Shown here piece by piece: positions 20,897 through 31,392 of a DNA stretch of 64,000 nucleotides. The first letter of the stretch is position 1. Each line of letters starts with the position of its first letter. This stretch comes from an uncultured delta proteobacterium (GTDB lineage Bacteria > Desulfobacterota > Desulfomonilia > Desulfomonilales > Desulfomonilaceae), in the NCBI GenBank assembly GCA_963789265.1, contig CAWBKB010000003.1, positions 736,001 through 800,000 of the forward strand. Direction: 5' to 3'. Both the position numbers and the translations under genes were made by a program. The notes below the pieces were generated by a model. That model searched no databases. It was not told where the DNA came from and saw only the letters and a program-made list of their open reading frames with translations.

Positions 20897-22081
20897 TCAC
20901 TCGTACCCGAATCTCCAGGGAATATTGTCCATGGGAAGATCCGCGATTCTAGAACTTCTCAGGCTCCGGAATCTTGACGTCATCTCATCCAGGCCGTCTC
21001 CGCCGAGCTTTTCTATCAAGGCATCGGCAAGGACAAACGCAACCATTGCTTCAGCCACAACAGACGCCCGGGGGACAGCGCATATATCGCTACGTTCGTA
21101 CGTCGTCTTCACGCGTTCGCCTGTGGCCAGATCAACGGAGTGAATGCCCTTGAGAGTCGTGCTGATAGGCTTCATGGCCGCTCGGATCAGTAGTGGGGCG
21201 CCTGTAGTTATGCCCCCTTCCAGGCCGGCAGCCCGGTTCGATCCCCGTTTCAAAGCAGTTTCTATCTCATCTTGATCACGAACGATTTCGTCGTGAACGT
21301 TAGAGCCTCGCTCACAGGCGTCCACAAACGCGTTGCCGAACTGAACACCCTTGATGGCAGGAATAGACCCCACCGCGGCCATGAGCCTGCCGGTGAGCCT
21401 TCGATCCCACTCCACGTGGCTTCCAAGTCCGGGCGGGACATTAAGCGCAACGCACTGGAAAATCCCTCCCAGAGTATCACCTTCCTCTCTGGCTTTTCCG
21501 ATCTCCGCGACCATTGCGGTACTGGCCTCGTTGTCAGGACATCGGACAGGCGATGTCTCCGCTTGGCGGAACAATAGGCCATAATCGGGCCTTTCAGGGA
21601 CTTCAGCTTCAACAGGGCCTATGGAAAGCACATAAGAGCCTATTCTGATGTCAAAGCATCCGAGAAATTTCCGACAGATGGCCCCCATGGCGACACGCGC
21701 CGCAGTCTCTCTTGCCGAAGCCCGTTCCAATCCCAGTCTAAGTTCCCTGTAACCGTATTTAACTGCTGAAGTCAGGTCAGCGTGGCCGGGTCTGGGAATT
21801 GTCATGGGAGGAATATCCCGGTCGCGCCAGGAATTGAAGTCTTTGTTGGCAATTATGAGCGAGACTGGGGCGCCGGTGGTCTGCCCGGCCATGATGCCTC
21901 CCGTAATTCTCGCGCGGTCATCTTCTATTGACATTCGGCCGCCTGACCCTTCGCTCCGCTGGCGTCGGGCCAGTTCGAAATCTATGTCCGTTCGAGAAAT
22001 AGGGATCGCGGCAGGGAGGCCTTCGAGAATAACTGTGAGTTCAGGTCCGTGGGATTCGCCCGCGGTCAGAAATCTCAGCAT
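20897..22081 (-). CDS. aroC: Chorismate synthase
   Basis: LTAGESHG, PRPGHAD, ERASARETAARVA, MKPIST, ERSD. Confidence 0.95.
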   Translation of the reverse strand: MLRFLTAGESHGPELTVILEGLPAAIPISRTDIDFELARRQRSEGSGGRMSIEDDRARITGGIMAGQTTGAPVSLIIANKDFNSWRDRDIPPMTIPRPGHADLTSAVKYGYRELRLGLERASARETAARVAMGAICRKFLGCFDIRIGSYVLSIGPVEAEVPERPDYGLLFRQAETSPVRCPDNEASTAMVAEIGKAREEGDTLGGIFQCVALNVPPGLGSHVEWDRRLTGRLMAAVGSIPAIKGVQFGNAFVDACERGSNVHDEIVRDQDEIETALKRGSNRAAGLEGGITTGAPLLIRAAMKPISTTLKGIHSVDLATGERVKTTYERSDICAVPRASVVAEAMVAFVLADALIEKLGGDGLDEMTSRFRSLRSSRIADLPMDNIPWRFGYE

Positions 22082-22920
22082 AGTGCTACCGCCTGCTTCA
22101 TTACGGCTAATGGCGCCGCTTTGCCTGTCCAGAGTGAAAATGCAATCGCAGCCTGATGGACCAACATTCCAAGTCCGTTTGTCGCCTTAACCCCCGCATC
22201 TTGCGCCTGTTCCATAAGACGCGTGCGAGGCGGATTGTACACCAGGTCATAGACCATTCGGCACTTGCGAAAACTTGTCCCCTCCGGCCACGGAGAATAA
22301 TCTGTCTTGGGAGCCATGCCCAGTGGAGTGGTATTTACGATCAGATCTACGTCCCGGTCCGGTTCCTGAAGCCTTTGAAGCGTCCAAGTTTCGACAAAGC
22401 CCTTCAAATCGGATTTTGTCAAACGCGCAACAATGGCTCCGGCTGTTTCGTCATTCCGACTGCACACAGCCACCCTTGCCCCATTCGAAACCAGAGCATA
22501 AGCTACCGCCCGAGCCGAGCCGCCTGATCCTAGTATTACGGCAGTACATCCATCGGGGTCAAAGCCCATTTCCTTAAGATGGCAGAGGAAACCGGTCCAA
22601 TCCGTGTTTTCTCCTATCAGGCTTCCGTCGGGCCCGACCGTAATTGTGTTGACTGCTCCGATCTCTGAGGCATCCGCGGAAACACTATCGAGAAATGGGA
22701 TGACCCTCTCTTTGTACGGCAGCGTCACATTGACCGCTCGGAATCCCAGCGCAGGCAACCCTTTTATGGCCCCTGCCAAGTAGTGCGGCTCCACAGGCAG
22801 CGGCACGTAAAGCCAATCCATGCCCAGTAACTGAAATGCCGCGTTGTGCATTGCAGGGCTCAGACTATGCGCGACAGGATTCCCTATGATGCCGACCAGC
22901 TGTGTAGCGCCCGTCACCAT
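22075..22920 (-). CDS. aroE: Shikimate dehydrogenase
   Basis: GNPVAHSLSPAMHN, NVTLPYK, GAVNT, NTD, GLGMLVHQA; start overlaps the aroA stop (ATGGTGA). Confidence 0.93.
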   Translation of the reverse strand: MVTGATQLVGIIGNPVAHSLSPAMHNAAFQLLGMDWLYVPLPVEPHYLAGAIKGLPALGFRAVNVTLPYKERVIPFLDSVSADASEIGAVNTITVGPDGSLIGENTDWTGFLCHLKEMGFDPDGCTAVILGSGGSARAVAYALVSNGARVAVCSRNDETAGAIVARLTKSDLKGFVETWTLQRLQEPDRDVDLIVNTTPLGMAPKTDYSPWPEGTSFRKCRMVYDLVYNPPRTRLMEQAQDAGVKATNGLGMLVHQAAIAFSLWTGKAAPLAVMKQAVALC

Positions 22921-24257
22921 TGAACGTCTGCCCCTAGCCCTTTTAGAATGCGGGGGAATTCCGGGAATGAATCGTTGATGATTTCCCATCCTTGAATCAA
23001 CGTTTCCCCCTCGGCCACAAGACCTGCAATTGCCAGACTCATGCCCAATCTGTGATCTCCGCGAGCGTTCACAACAGCGCCGGTAAGTTTGCGCGGACCG
23101 TTGATAGTAAAACCGTCGGCCGCGGTTTGGATGTCGGCCCCCATTTTATTCAATTCCTCAGCCAGCGTGTCGATCCTATCGCTTTCTTTGACCCGAAGTT
23201 CCTCTGCGTCCCGCACGACGGTTGTGCCGCTTGCTTGAGTGGCAGCGACTGCAAGTATTGGAAACTCATCAATCATCCTGACAACGATTGCTCCTTGTAC
23301 GGTAGTCCCCCGGAGCGCTCCCGACTCCACTGTAATGGTCCCCGTCGGTTCGCCATTGGATTCCGTCGCTCCATTCACACGCAGGTTTCCTCCCATCGAG
23401 TGCAGCACGTCGAATAATCCTGTCCGTCCTGGATTAAGGCAGAGATTCGTGACCTGAAGGCTCGAATCGGGAACCAGTAAGCCCGCTGTTACAAGGAACG
23501 CGGCAGAGGACGGGTCGGAAGGAAGGTGTACGTCCAGCGGTGGAAGAGAGGTGATGGGTCCCGAAACGGTCACGTGGTGTCGGCCCTCTTGGTCTTCATA
23601 TTCTGTAACGGGCACACCCAGGCTCTTAAGCATACGTTCTGTGTGATCTCTACTTGTGAAGGGCTCGATCACTGTCGTGGGACCGTCAGTGAAAAGACCT
23701 GCCAACAGGAGCGCGGATTTTACTTGCGCGCTGGCTACTGGAAGGAGATGCTGCGACGGCTGCAATCGAGACGGGAAAAATGTCAGAGGTGCGTTTCCGT
23801 TGTCTGTCTCGATTTTAGCCCCTTTTGTGCGAAGTGGTTCCACGACCCGACCCATAGGCCGTGCACGTAGGCGGTCATTGCCGTCAAGGGTGGACTGAAA
23901 TGCCTGGCCCGCCAGGATTCCGGCCATTAATCGCATAGTCGTGGCCGAACCTCGACAGTGGAGAGGCGCGGAAGGCACCGCAAAACCTACCAGATCCTTA
24001 CCTGTTACCAGGAGATCGGCAGCCCCGGGCTGGATAGTCGGCCTGAGTTCTTCAACCACCTGTACTCCAAGCGTCTGAAGGCATTCGATCATTGCAAGAC
24101 TGACCCCAGCCTTCGCGCAATTCCGGATCCGTGAGACTCCGCTCCCGAGAGAAGCGAACAACAGGGCTCGGTGCGATAAAGATTTGTCCCCCGGCAATGA
24201 CACGACCCCGCGCAAACGGCGGGTGGGCCGAATTCGAAGGGTCTTGGGATCAGCCAT
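22914..24257 (-). CDS. aroA: EPSP synthase (class II)
   Basis: PGDKSLSHR, ASAQVKSA, SRDHTE, LRVKESDR, DHR. Confidence 0.95.
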   Translation of the reverse strand: MADPKTLRIRPTRRLRGVVSLPGDKSLSHRALLFASLGSGVSRIRNCAKAGVSLAMIECLQTLGVQVVEELRPTIQPGAADLLVTGKDLVGFAVPSAPLHCRGSATTMRLMAGILAGQAFQSTLDGNDRLRARPMGRVVEPLRTKGAKIETDNGNAPLTFFPSRLQPSQHLLPVASAQVKSALLLAGLFTDGPTTVIEPFTSRDHTERMLKSLGVPVTEYEDQEGRHHVTVSGPITSLPPLDVHLPSDPSSAAFLVTAGLLVPDSSLQVTNLCLNPGRTGLFDVLHSMGGNLRVNGATESNGEPTGTITVESGALRGTTVQGAIVVRMIDEFPILAVAATQASGTTVVRDAEELRVKESDRIDTLAEELNKMGADIQTAADGFTINGPRKLTGAVVNARGDHRLGMSLAIAGLVAEGETLIQGWEIINDSFPEFPRILKGLGADVQW

Positions 24258-25152
24258 TCGTACGGGTTCCTTCCTCAGAGGATATATGTGGGTGAAACAT
24301 TGCTGTTCTGCGTTCTCGTATTTGGCTCAGGATTTTTCGCAAGGCTCCGTTATCCTCATCCTTGATGGCACTTGCAAATCTTTTCATCATTCGTTGGGCC
24401 AACTCAAGCATTTGAAGCACGTTGTCCCGGTTGACTGCAAGAATGTCCGTCATCATGGTCAAATCAGCGCCTGCAACTCTTGAGGTGTCCCTGAACCCGC
24501 TTGAGGCCAAGTTCCACACATCGGGTTCTTCCGACGCGGTTACTTCGGCAACCGCGACTAGGGTCGAGGCGAGAAGATAAGGGAGATGGCTGACGCATGC
24601 TGCGACCAGGTCATGGTCGTCCGCGTTCATCGGCATAGGCCGTGCACCCACAAGCTTAACCATCTGTTCGATGAGACTAAACGCTTCAGGGTCGGTCCGC
24701 TCCGTACGAATGAGCACCCATGTCTTGCCCAGGAACAAGTCCGCGTCTGATGTATAAAGGCCGGGTGTCTCTTTTCCGCACATCGGATGCCCGGCCACCG
24801 CCCTGATGTGCGGCGGCAATTGGTCCATAACCTTCAATATGTTCCGTTTGACGCTGCCCATATCCGTTACGATGGCGCCGGCCTTCATGAAAGAGTGTAG
24901 CGGCAGGATTTGCTGTTCAATGGTGCAGACCGGGGTTGCAAAGACCACCACTTCGGCACCATCGAGAAGCTGTTGCGGATCTACACCGGCGATGTGAGCT
25001 GCTCCAAGGGCTACAGCCTCCTCTGCGATAGCCTGACGCCTTACCAGTCCCCTGACTTCCCGGCAAACTTCGCCTCGTACCAGCGCTTTGCCGAGGCTCC
25101 CCCCCATGAGCCCCAGGCCCACAATCGTAATCGTCAAATCTGAAAGCGTCAC
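24250..25152 (-). CDS. tyrA: Prephenate/arogenate dehydrogenase
   Basis: GLGLMGGS, TDMGSVK, HPMCG, SHLP, GFRDTSR. Confidence 0.92.
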   Translation of the reverse strand: MTLSDLTITIVGLGLMGGSLGKALVRGEVCREVRGLVRRQAIAEEAVALGAAHIAGVDPQQLLDGAEVVVFATPVCTIEQQILPLHSFMKAGAIVTDMGSVKRNILKVMDQLPPHIRAVAGHPMCGKETPGLYTSDADLFLGKTWVLIRTERTDPEAFSLIEQMVKLVGARPMPMNADDHDLVAACVSHLPYLLASTLVAVAEVTASEEPDVWNLASSGFRDTSRVAGADLTMMTDILAVNRDNVLQMLELAQRMMKRFASAIKDEDNGALRKILSQIRERRTAMFHPHISSEEGTRTNG

Positions 25153-25283
25153 CGATTATCCTCTGACAAAGGAGATGCAGACAAGCATTGCCGCACGAAA
25201 TGTTACGACATTTTGGTTCTTGTCAATAGAAATCCTACACGTCCATTTGAGTGTTGGATGCAGCTCGCCGAGCAGTCTCGATC

Positions 25284-26297
25284 TCAAATGGTTCTCCCCA
25301 CCGCCTCGGCAACCGGACGCAGCTCGTCCATAAGCGCTTGAAACTCATGGGGGCGGAGGCTTTGCGCGCCGTCAGACAGCGCATTCTCAGGGTCCGGATG
25401 GACTTCAATAATGAGTCCGTCGGCCCCCGCGGCGATGGCCGCGCGACTCACCGCGGGTACGTATTCGCGCTTTCCGGTGCCGTGGCTCGGATCCAGTATA
25501 ACCGGAAGGTGGCTCAGGGATTTAAGCACGGGTACAGCATTGATGTCCACGGTGTTCCGGGTGGAAGTCTCGAAAGTGCGTATTCCACGTTCACAAAGAA
25601 TTACGCGCGGGTTGTTGTGGCTCAGTATGTATTCCGCGGCGTTGAGAAACTCTTCTATTGTGCTCATGAGTCCGCGCTTAAGGAGCACCGGTTTATGGGA
25701 TGCGCCCACCGCGTTGAGCAGAGCAAAATTCTGCATGTTGCGCGCGCCCACCTGCAGCACATCCGCGTACTGAGCTACCAGCGGCACTTGTTCCGGCGTT
25801 GTGACCTCGGTTACGACCGCGAGGCCCGCCACGTCCCTAGCTTGCGCCAGGAGCTTGAGACCTTCCTCTCCGAGGCCTTGAAAGCTGTATGGCGAGGTCC
25901 GAGGTTTGAACGCGCCGCCTCTTAGGGCTGTTGCTCCTGCCTTTTTCACCGCGAGCGCCGTCTGAATGAGTTGATCTTTGTTTTCGACCGCGCAGGGGCC
26001 GGCCATGATAATGATTTTCTTGCTCCCAATATGGGACCCGTCGATGGAGAAGACCGTGTCTTCTTTCTTGAAGTCCCGACTGGCAAGCTTAAACGGCCCC
26101 AAAAGCGGAACCACACGCTCGACGCCCTCCAAGCACTCGAAAGCGTCCGCTTCCACTCCACTATTGTCGCCGACAACCCCAACGATGGTGCGAATCTTCC
26201 CTCTGGAAACATGGGCCTTCATTCCCACGGCTTCCACCTTGGTCAAAACCCGCGCCACCTGGCCCTCAGTTGCTTCCTTTTTCATGACTACCACCAT
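25284..26297 (-). CDS. aroF: DAHP synthase, type I-beta with N-terminal regulatory domain
   Basis: [44 protein letters not shown]. Confidence 0.95.
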   Translation of the reverse strand: MVVVMKKEATEGQVARVLTKVEAVGMKAHVSRGKIRTIVGVVGDNSGVEADAFECLEGVERVVPLLGPFKLASRDFKKEDTVFSIDGSHIGSKKIIIMAGPCAVENKDQLIQTALAVKKAGATALRGGAFKPRTSPYSFQGLGEEGLKLLAQARDVAGLAVVTEVTTPEQVPLVAQYADVLQVGARNMQNFALLNAVGASHKPVLLKRGLMSTIEEFLNAAEYILSHNNPRVILCERGIRTFETSTRNTVDINAVPVLKSLSHLPVILDPSHGTGKREYVPAVSRAAIAAGADGLIIEVHPDPENALSDGAQSLRPHEFQALMDELRPVAEAVGRTI

Positions 26298-26309
26298 CTT
26301 TTTTCCTCC

Positions 26310-26346
26310 AAAAAAAAGATGCGGAGCGCTTGCTCCGCATCTTTTT
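26310..26346 (-). terminator. Attenuator terminator upstream of aroF
   Basis: mRNA AAAAAGAUGCGGAGC-AAGC-GCUCCGCAUC-U8, directly abutting the aroF GGAGG RBS. Confidence 0.88.
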
Positions 26347-26384
26347 GTTCCGTTGTATGGATTATCTAACAGCAGAAGCGCGCG

Positions 26385-26459
26385 TCAACCTCCGGGGGGC
26401 CCAAAATAGTACCACCAAAAATACCGAGAAGACGCGCTCATGTGCTGCAACTGACTCAT
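26385..26459 (-). CDS. aro operon leader peptide MSQLQHMSASSRYFWWYYFGPPGG
   Basis: 24-codon ORF with AAGAGG RBS; seven consecutive aromatic codons (TAT TTT TGG TGG TAC TAT TTT); terminator about 40 nt downstream. Confidence 0.88.
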   Translation of the reverse strand: MSQLQHMSASSRYFWWYYFGPPGG

Positions 26460-26529
26460 AGTTTCAAAATGCCTCTTATCTTACAGAAATACGATCCCAT
26501 GAAAATTATGTCAAGACTTTTTTTGTGAG

Positions 26530-26653
26530 CATTCAGTTTTGTGGGGCAGTCCCGCGAGGCGCGGGACTGCCTGCCGGAGGAAACCCCGGTTCGATGGCGG
26601 GCTGGAAAGCCCACCCCACGAAGCCACTGGCAAATTCAGGCTGTAACTGAATG
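26530..26653. mobile_element. ~124-bp MITE-like repeat, copy 2
   Basis: GCATTCAGTT / AACTGAATGC inverted termini; colinear with 18160-18282. Confidence 0.8.
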
Positions 26654-26768
26654 CATACCTTTCTTGGAAAGATGGTCTGTTAGTTTACTCCAGACCTTGA
26701 ATTCATCGGTCGTTCTGTGAATAATCCAGACACCTACATCAATACCACTTGATTCAGCAAGGCGGACC

Positions 26769-27860
26769 ATGACTAAACAGAACCTCGAAGAGTTGCGTGC
26801 CCGGATAGACGAACTTGACAATGATATAGTCAAACTCCTGAACCACAGAATGGCCTTATGTCAGAAGATAGGACAGTTAAAATCCGCGGCTGCTCGAAAC
26901 GTTGTCGACCGGGAGCGAGAAGCGGAAATCCTTCAGCGACTTGCCTCCGAGAACTCCGGCCCTCTTTCCGAGCAGGCGCTGTCCGCTGTATTTCGCGAAA
27001 TTTTCTCGGGCTCCAGGGCCTTGCAAGCCCCCGTGACCATAGCCTTCCTGGGGCCCGCCGGCACGTACACCCATGAGGCTGCTATAGAGATGTTCGGGCA
27101 TTCAGCTACGTTCATTCCCTGCCTGACCGTGCGGGATGTCTTTGAAGAGGTGGTTCATGGAGGCGTTACCTATGCCGTAGCCCCCATAGAGAATAGTATT
27201 GAGGGGTCTGTCCGAGAGACCTTGGACCTGTTGATGACTTCCTCGATCGGCGTTTGCAAAGAAGTCTCTCTGAGGGTGAGCCACGCGCTCATGAACCTCA
27301 CGGGAAAAATCGAAGATATCCGGCAAGTAATCTCCCACCCCCAGGCACTAGCTCAGTGCCGTCGGTGGTTGGCCGACAAACTTCCGGACGTTCCGCTGCG
27401 AGATACGTCCAGCACCGCCAGAGCGGCCGAACTGGCAATAGAGGATGTGGGAACAGCGGCAATCGCGAGTGAAAGAATTGGCGTAAGATTGGGCTTGCAA
27501 ATAATACGACGCGGCATTCAAGACAGCCCCGAGAATATTACACGATTCTTCGCCCTGGGGCGCATCAAACCGACACCGACCGGAGATGACAAGACATCAA
27601 TAGTGTTTTGGACTGAAGACAAGCCTGGGGCATTGCACAAGATACTCAAGAAATTCGCTCAGCATGGAATAAACCTGTCAAGGATAGAATCTCGCCCGGA
27701 CCGTGGAGCGGTTGCTTGGAAATATGCATTCTTCGTGGACCTGGAAGGTCATAGAGACGATCCGGAAGTGGCAACTTGTTTGAAGGAAATCACCGGCAAG
27801 AGAACTATGGTTAAAGTGCTGGGATCGTTTCCCAGCCGCTCTCTGCCCCCCGGTGAGTAA
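26769..27860 (+). CDS. pheA: Chorismate mutase / prephenate dehydratase (P-protein)
   Basis: LRARIDELD chorismate mutase domain; FLGPAGTY, ENSIEG, SHPQALAQC, NITRF, IESRP ACT domain. Confidence 0.95.
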   Translation: MTKQNLEELRARIDELDNDIVKLLNHRMALCQKIGQLKSAAARNVVDREREAEILQRLASENSGPLSEQALSAVFREIFSGSRALQAPVTIAFLGPAGTYTHEAAIEMFGHSATFIPCLTVRDVFEEVVHGGVTYAVAPIENSIEGSVRETLDLLMTSSIGVCKEVSLRVSHALMNLTGKIEDIRQVISHPQALAQCRRWLADKLPDVPLRDTSSTARAAELAIEDVGTAAIASERIGVRLGLQIIRRGIQDSPENITRFFALGRIKPTPTGDDKTSIVFWTEDKPGALHKILKKFAQHGINLSRIESRPDRGAVAWKYAFFVDLEGHRDDPEVATCLKEITGKRTMVKVLGSFPSRSLPPGE

Positions 27861-28024
27861 AAAGGAGTCGTCTTCAAAGAACCACGGGAATTTTGTATTA
27901 TGAGAATATTATGTAACAATAACACCTAAATATATCTTATATATAATCCTAAGTAGCAAATATCTTGACAATACATTATTTTTATGAGATAAACATCTCC
28001 AGTAAATAAAACACCATACCCTAT

Positions 28025-28052
28025 GTTGCCCGGCTTTGCCGGGCTTTTTTTT
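28025..28052 (+). terminator. Intrinsic terminator
   Basis: GCCCGGC-TTT-GCCGGGC hairpin followed by a T run. Confidence 0.75.
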
Positions 28053-28187
28053 TGCCGCGATTCATGTTGACTTGCCCGGACCGGCCTGGCTAGACTCGCC
28101 TTGGTGCTTCTTATATTAACAGCCTTCAGACAACCGGCTGCAAGGCGAATCGTATCAACCGGCTTCCAACCACTAGAGGGTTCGACA

Positions 28188-28616
28188 ATGAAAATTCTCG
28201 TATTGCATGGTCCCAACCTCAACCTTCTCGGCGTTAGAGAGCCCGATGTCTACGGGCATCTCAGTCTGAGCGAGATAGATAAAGAACTGGCCACCCGTGC
28301 GAAACGCCTTGGGGCGGAACTTCGCACCTTGCAATCCAATCATGAGGGAGTGTTGATTGACGCCATTCACGAGGCCCTTGGGTGGGCAGACGGAATCCTG
28401 ATCAATCCCGGTGCCTTTACCCATACAAGTCTGGCCCTGCGCGACGCTGTTGCGGCAACCGCCATACCAGCCGTGGAGGTTCACTTATCCAACATTTACG
28501 CTCGGGAGGAGTTTCGTCACAAGTCGGTGATCGCGGGGGCCTGCTTGGGTCAGATTTCGGGGTTTGGAGCCAATTCTTACTATCTGGGGCTCGAAGCGTT
28601 AGTAGGACCCACGTAA
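28188..28616 (+). CDS. aroQ: Type II 3-dehydroquinate dehydratase
   Basis: [38 protein letters not shown]. Confidence 0.95.
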   Translation: MKILVLHGPNLNLLGVREPDVYGHLSLSEIDKELATRAKRLGAELRTLQSNHEGVLIDAIHEALGWADGILINPGAFTHTSLALRDAVAATAIPAVEVHLSNIYAREEFRHKSVIAGACLGQISGFGANSYYLGLEALVGPT

Positions 28617-28666
28617 ACGATCTAAGGCCTGACACCATTCGCTTTCAATAGGTAAGAATCGGTGAC

Positions 28667-28782
28667 TAGCAAACAGCACTGACCTGGCACTATGACGGCG
28701 CTTCCCGCGAGACACGGGATGGCACCCAATTTCCATTCGTGAGATCTTGGGTGCCACGGATCTGGGTTTCGTCAGATCCGTG
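28667..28782. repeat. Palindromic interspersed repeat, copy 1
   Basis: TAGCAAACAGCACTGACCTGGCAC...TGGCACCC...GGGTGCCACGGATC...AGATCCGTG; colinear with 41483-41589. Confidence 0.78.
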
Positions 28783-28919
28783 AAGTTTTGGGTGCCATCT
28801 CGCCTTACAGGCCTGAGAGACGCAAAACGAAACCGGGAAAAGGCTTGATCCCACGATCGTCAAGAACTCAATGCAAATCCCCTCCTGGTGCTGCGGTCAC
28901 GCACGTGGGGAAAAAAAAG

Positions 28920-28948
28920 TTGACAACAGCCGAGTAGTCTTTTATTCT
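28920..28948 (+). promoter_or_regulatory. Sigma70-type promoter of the trp operon
   Basis: TTGACA-N17-TATTCT with an upstream A-tract, 23 nt before the leader ATG. Confidence 0.75.
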
Positions 28949-28971
28949 GGCTGACGGCAGGTAACAACTCC

Positions 28972-29037
28972 ATGATATCCATAAGCAACCGAAACTGGTG
29001 GTGGTGCTGGAAAATCAAACACGGGAGGTCTGCCTGA
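28972..29037 (+). CDS. trpL: trp leader peptide MISISNRNWWWCWKIKHGRSA
   Basis: 21-codon ORF with four TGG codons, between the promoter and the terminator. Confidence 0.88.
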   Translation: MISISNRNWWWCWKIKHGRSA

Positions 29038-29086
29038 GCCGCGATACAAAGTCATAAAGTGTAAAATAGGCATCTAAAACGGAAAT

Positions 29087-29118
29087 AAAGGCCATGGGCA
29101 GACACCCCATGGCCTTTT
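29087..29118 (+). terminator. trp attenuator terminator
   Basis: AAAGGCCATGGG-CAGACAC-CCCATGGCCTTTT; leader GTCTGCC (29028-29034) is complementary to GGCAGAC (29097-29103), giving an antiterminator. Confidence 0.8.
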
Positions 29119-29203
29119 CGCGTTCTGGACTTAGGAGCTTGACGATGGGCAGCGACGACATGTCCTGCCACACCCTCATATTTGACCTGAAAGGCTGTGC
29201 ATC

Positions 29204-30691
29204 ATGATCAAACCTAACTATGAAGACTTTAAAGGCCTTTGTCGACAAGGGAACCTTATCCCCATAGCCACCGAGATTCCGGGAGATCTCGACACTCCGC
29301 TTTCAGCCTTGCTGAAAATTGATGATGTGCAAAGCTCCTTTCTCCTGGAGAGCGTTGAAGGGGGCGAGCGATGGGCCAGGTATTCCTTTCTAGGATCAAA
29401 TCCCAGAGCGATCATTCGAGCGAGAGGGGGATCGGGGGAGATCCTATACGGCGACAGCGTTCAATCCGTCAGCCAGGTGTCGGACCCTACCTGTCTGGTG
29501 AAACAAGTCATGGAAAAGTTCCATACAGTGCGTCTCCCCGGACTTCCGGAATTTTTTGGGGGAGCGGTAGGCTTCCTATCTTATGATGTCGTGCGGGGAT
29601 TTGAGCGGCTCCCCGATCTGGGTAAGCCCGGCCCGGGATTCCACGACGCATGGTTTATGGTGACCCGCGATCTCGTCGTCTTCGACAACCTTTTGCACAA
29701 GATCCTTTTGATAACCACTGTGTCGCTCGACGAGGCCCGGTCTGTGAAAAGCGCTTATAGCCAAGGCTGCGCCCGACTGGAAAACCTCCAGGAGTTGCTT
29801 CGTACTCCCTGCACCTACGCCACAGCCGCTAAGACACAGCCGGATTGTCCTGCCTTCTCATCGAACATGTCTCGGAATGACTTTGAACAAATGGTCCGAC
29901 AGGCTAAGAAACACATCAAGGCCGGCGATATCATACAGGTAGTGCTTTCTCAGAGATTCCAGGGAGAAGGCCTGGCTGACCCCCTGAGCGTCTACCGCGG
30001 GCTCAGGATGATCAACCCGTCTCCATACATGTTTTTCCTGCGCATGGGGGACGAAGTGCTCGCGGGAGCATCCCCGGAGGTGATGGTACGGCTCAGAAAC
30101 GGTGAGGCCGTTCTGAGACCCATCGCGGGAACTCGTCCCCGCGGGACCACATCCTCTCAGGACGCGGACCTGGAGCGCGAACTCCTCGCAGACCCCAAAG
30201 AATCAGCAGAGCATGTGATGCTGGTGGACCTGGCTCGTAACGACCTCGGTCGTATCGCTGAGCCCGGAAGCGTGAATGTGGACGCGTTCAAGACTGTGGA
30301 GCGCTATTCTCACGTCATGCACCTGGTGAGCAACGTTCGAGCTAAACCCGCAAACGGTCGCGATTCCTTCGAAGTGCTCAGAGCCACTTTCCCTGCCGGG
30401 ACACTCTCGGGCGCCCCAAAAATTCGAGCGATGGAGATCATCGAAGACCTGGAACCCCAACGGCGCGGGCCGTATGGAGGCTGCGTCGGGTATTTCTCTT
30501 ACACGGGAGCAATGGACATGGCGATCACTATACGTACGGTCATGATGAAAGGATCTCAAACATTCTTTCAGGCAGGGGCGGGCATCGTCGCAGATTCCGT
30601 CCCGGAGCTGGAATACGAAGAAACCATGAACAAAGCCCAGGCCATGAGAACTGCTCTGGGTATGGCTCATAACTTGGAAAGGGGGTTCTAA
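29204..30691 (+). CDS. trpE: Anthranilate synthase component I
   Basis: [42 protein letters not shown]. Confidence 0.95.
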   Translation: MIKPNYEDFKGLCRQGNLIPIATEIPGDLDTPLSALLKIDDVQSSFLLESVEGGERWARYSFLGSNPRAIIRARGGSGEILYGDSVQSVSQVSDPTCLVKQVMEKFHTVRLPGLPEFFGGAVGFLSYDVVRGFERLPDLGKPGPGFHDAWFMVTRDLVVFDNLLHKILLITTVSLDEARSVKSAYSQGCARLENLQELLRTPCTYATAAKTQPDCPAFSSNMSRNDFEQMVRQAKKHIKAGDIIQVVLSQRFQGEGLADPLSVYRGLRMINPSPYMFFLRMGDEVLAGASPEVMVRLRNGEAVLRPIAGTRPRGTTSSQDADLERELLADPKESAEHVMLVDLARNDLGRIAEPGSVNVDAFKTVERYSHVMHLVSNVRAKPANGRDSFEVLRATFPAGTLSGAPKIRAMEIIEDLEPQRRGPYGGCVGYFSYTGAMDMAITIRTVMMKGSQTFFQAGAGIVADSVPELEYEETMNKAQAMRTALGMAHNLERGF

Positions 30692-31353
30692 TGCTACTTG
30701 TCATCGACAATTATGATTCGTTCACCTACAACCTGGTCCAGTATTTTCAAGAGCTTGGCCAAAGAGTGCTCGTTCGGCGGAACGATCAAATCACGCTCGA
30801 TGAGGTTGTGGACCTCAAGCCGCAAGCTGTGGTCATTTCTCCCGGTCCCGGAGGCCCACAGGACGCGGGCATATCAATGCGACTGATCACCGATCTGGGC
30901 AGCACGGTGCCCATCCTCGGCGTTTGCTTGGGGCATCAGGCCATTGGAGCGGCTTTTGGAGCGCAGGTTGTTTCGGCCGATCGACTGATGCATGGCAAAA
31001 CTTCCCCGATATTTTCTAATGACAGCCAGCTTTTTTCGGGGATGAGCAACCCCTTTGAGGCCTGCCGTTACCACAGTTTGATTGTGGACAGAGAAACCTT
31101 GCCCGACTGTTTACAAATTACCGCCTGGACCGACCGGCACGAGATTATGGGAATTCGCCACAAACATCATCCAATTGAGGGCGTTCAATTCCATCCCGAA
31201 TCGATTCTCACGCTGGAAGGAAAACGTATACTCCAGAATTTTATCAATATGACGGACAAATTCTACATGGGCGAGGGAGCCGGGTTAGAACCTGCCTGTC
31301 AAAACTCGGCGAAAAGGATTTTCTCTTCCGGTCGCACAGTCATAAACGGTTGA
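30691..31353 (+). CDS. trpG: Anthranilate synthase component II (glutamine amidotransferase)
   Basis: [27 protein letters not shown]. Confidence 0.93.
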   Translation: MLLVIDNYDSFTYNLVQYFQELGQRVLVRRNDQITLDEVVDLKPQAVVISPGPGGPQDAGISMRLITDLGSTVPILGVCLGHQAIGAAFGAQVVSADRLMHGKTSPIFSNDSQLFSGMSNPFEACRYHSLIVDRETLPDCLQITAWTDRHEIMGIRHKHHPIEGVQFHPESILTLEGKRILQNFINMTDKFYMGEGAGLEPACQNSAKRIFSSGRTVING

Positions 31354-31392
31354 AATGACCGCGGTTAAGCGGTCCCCAACAGGAGGCGCAAA

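Noticed and set aside
26660..26768. Phe-rich leader peptide before pheA
   Set aside because: Only Met-Val-Cys-stop is present and there is no terminator, so no attenuator is supported.
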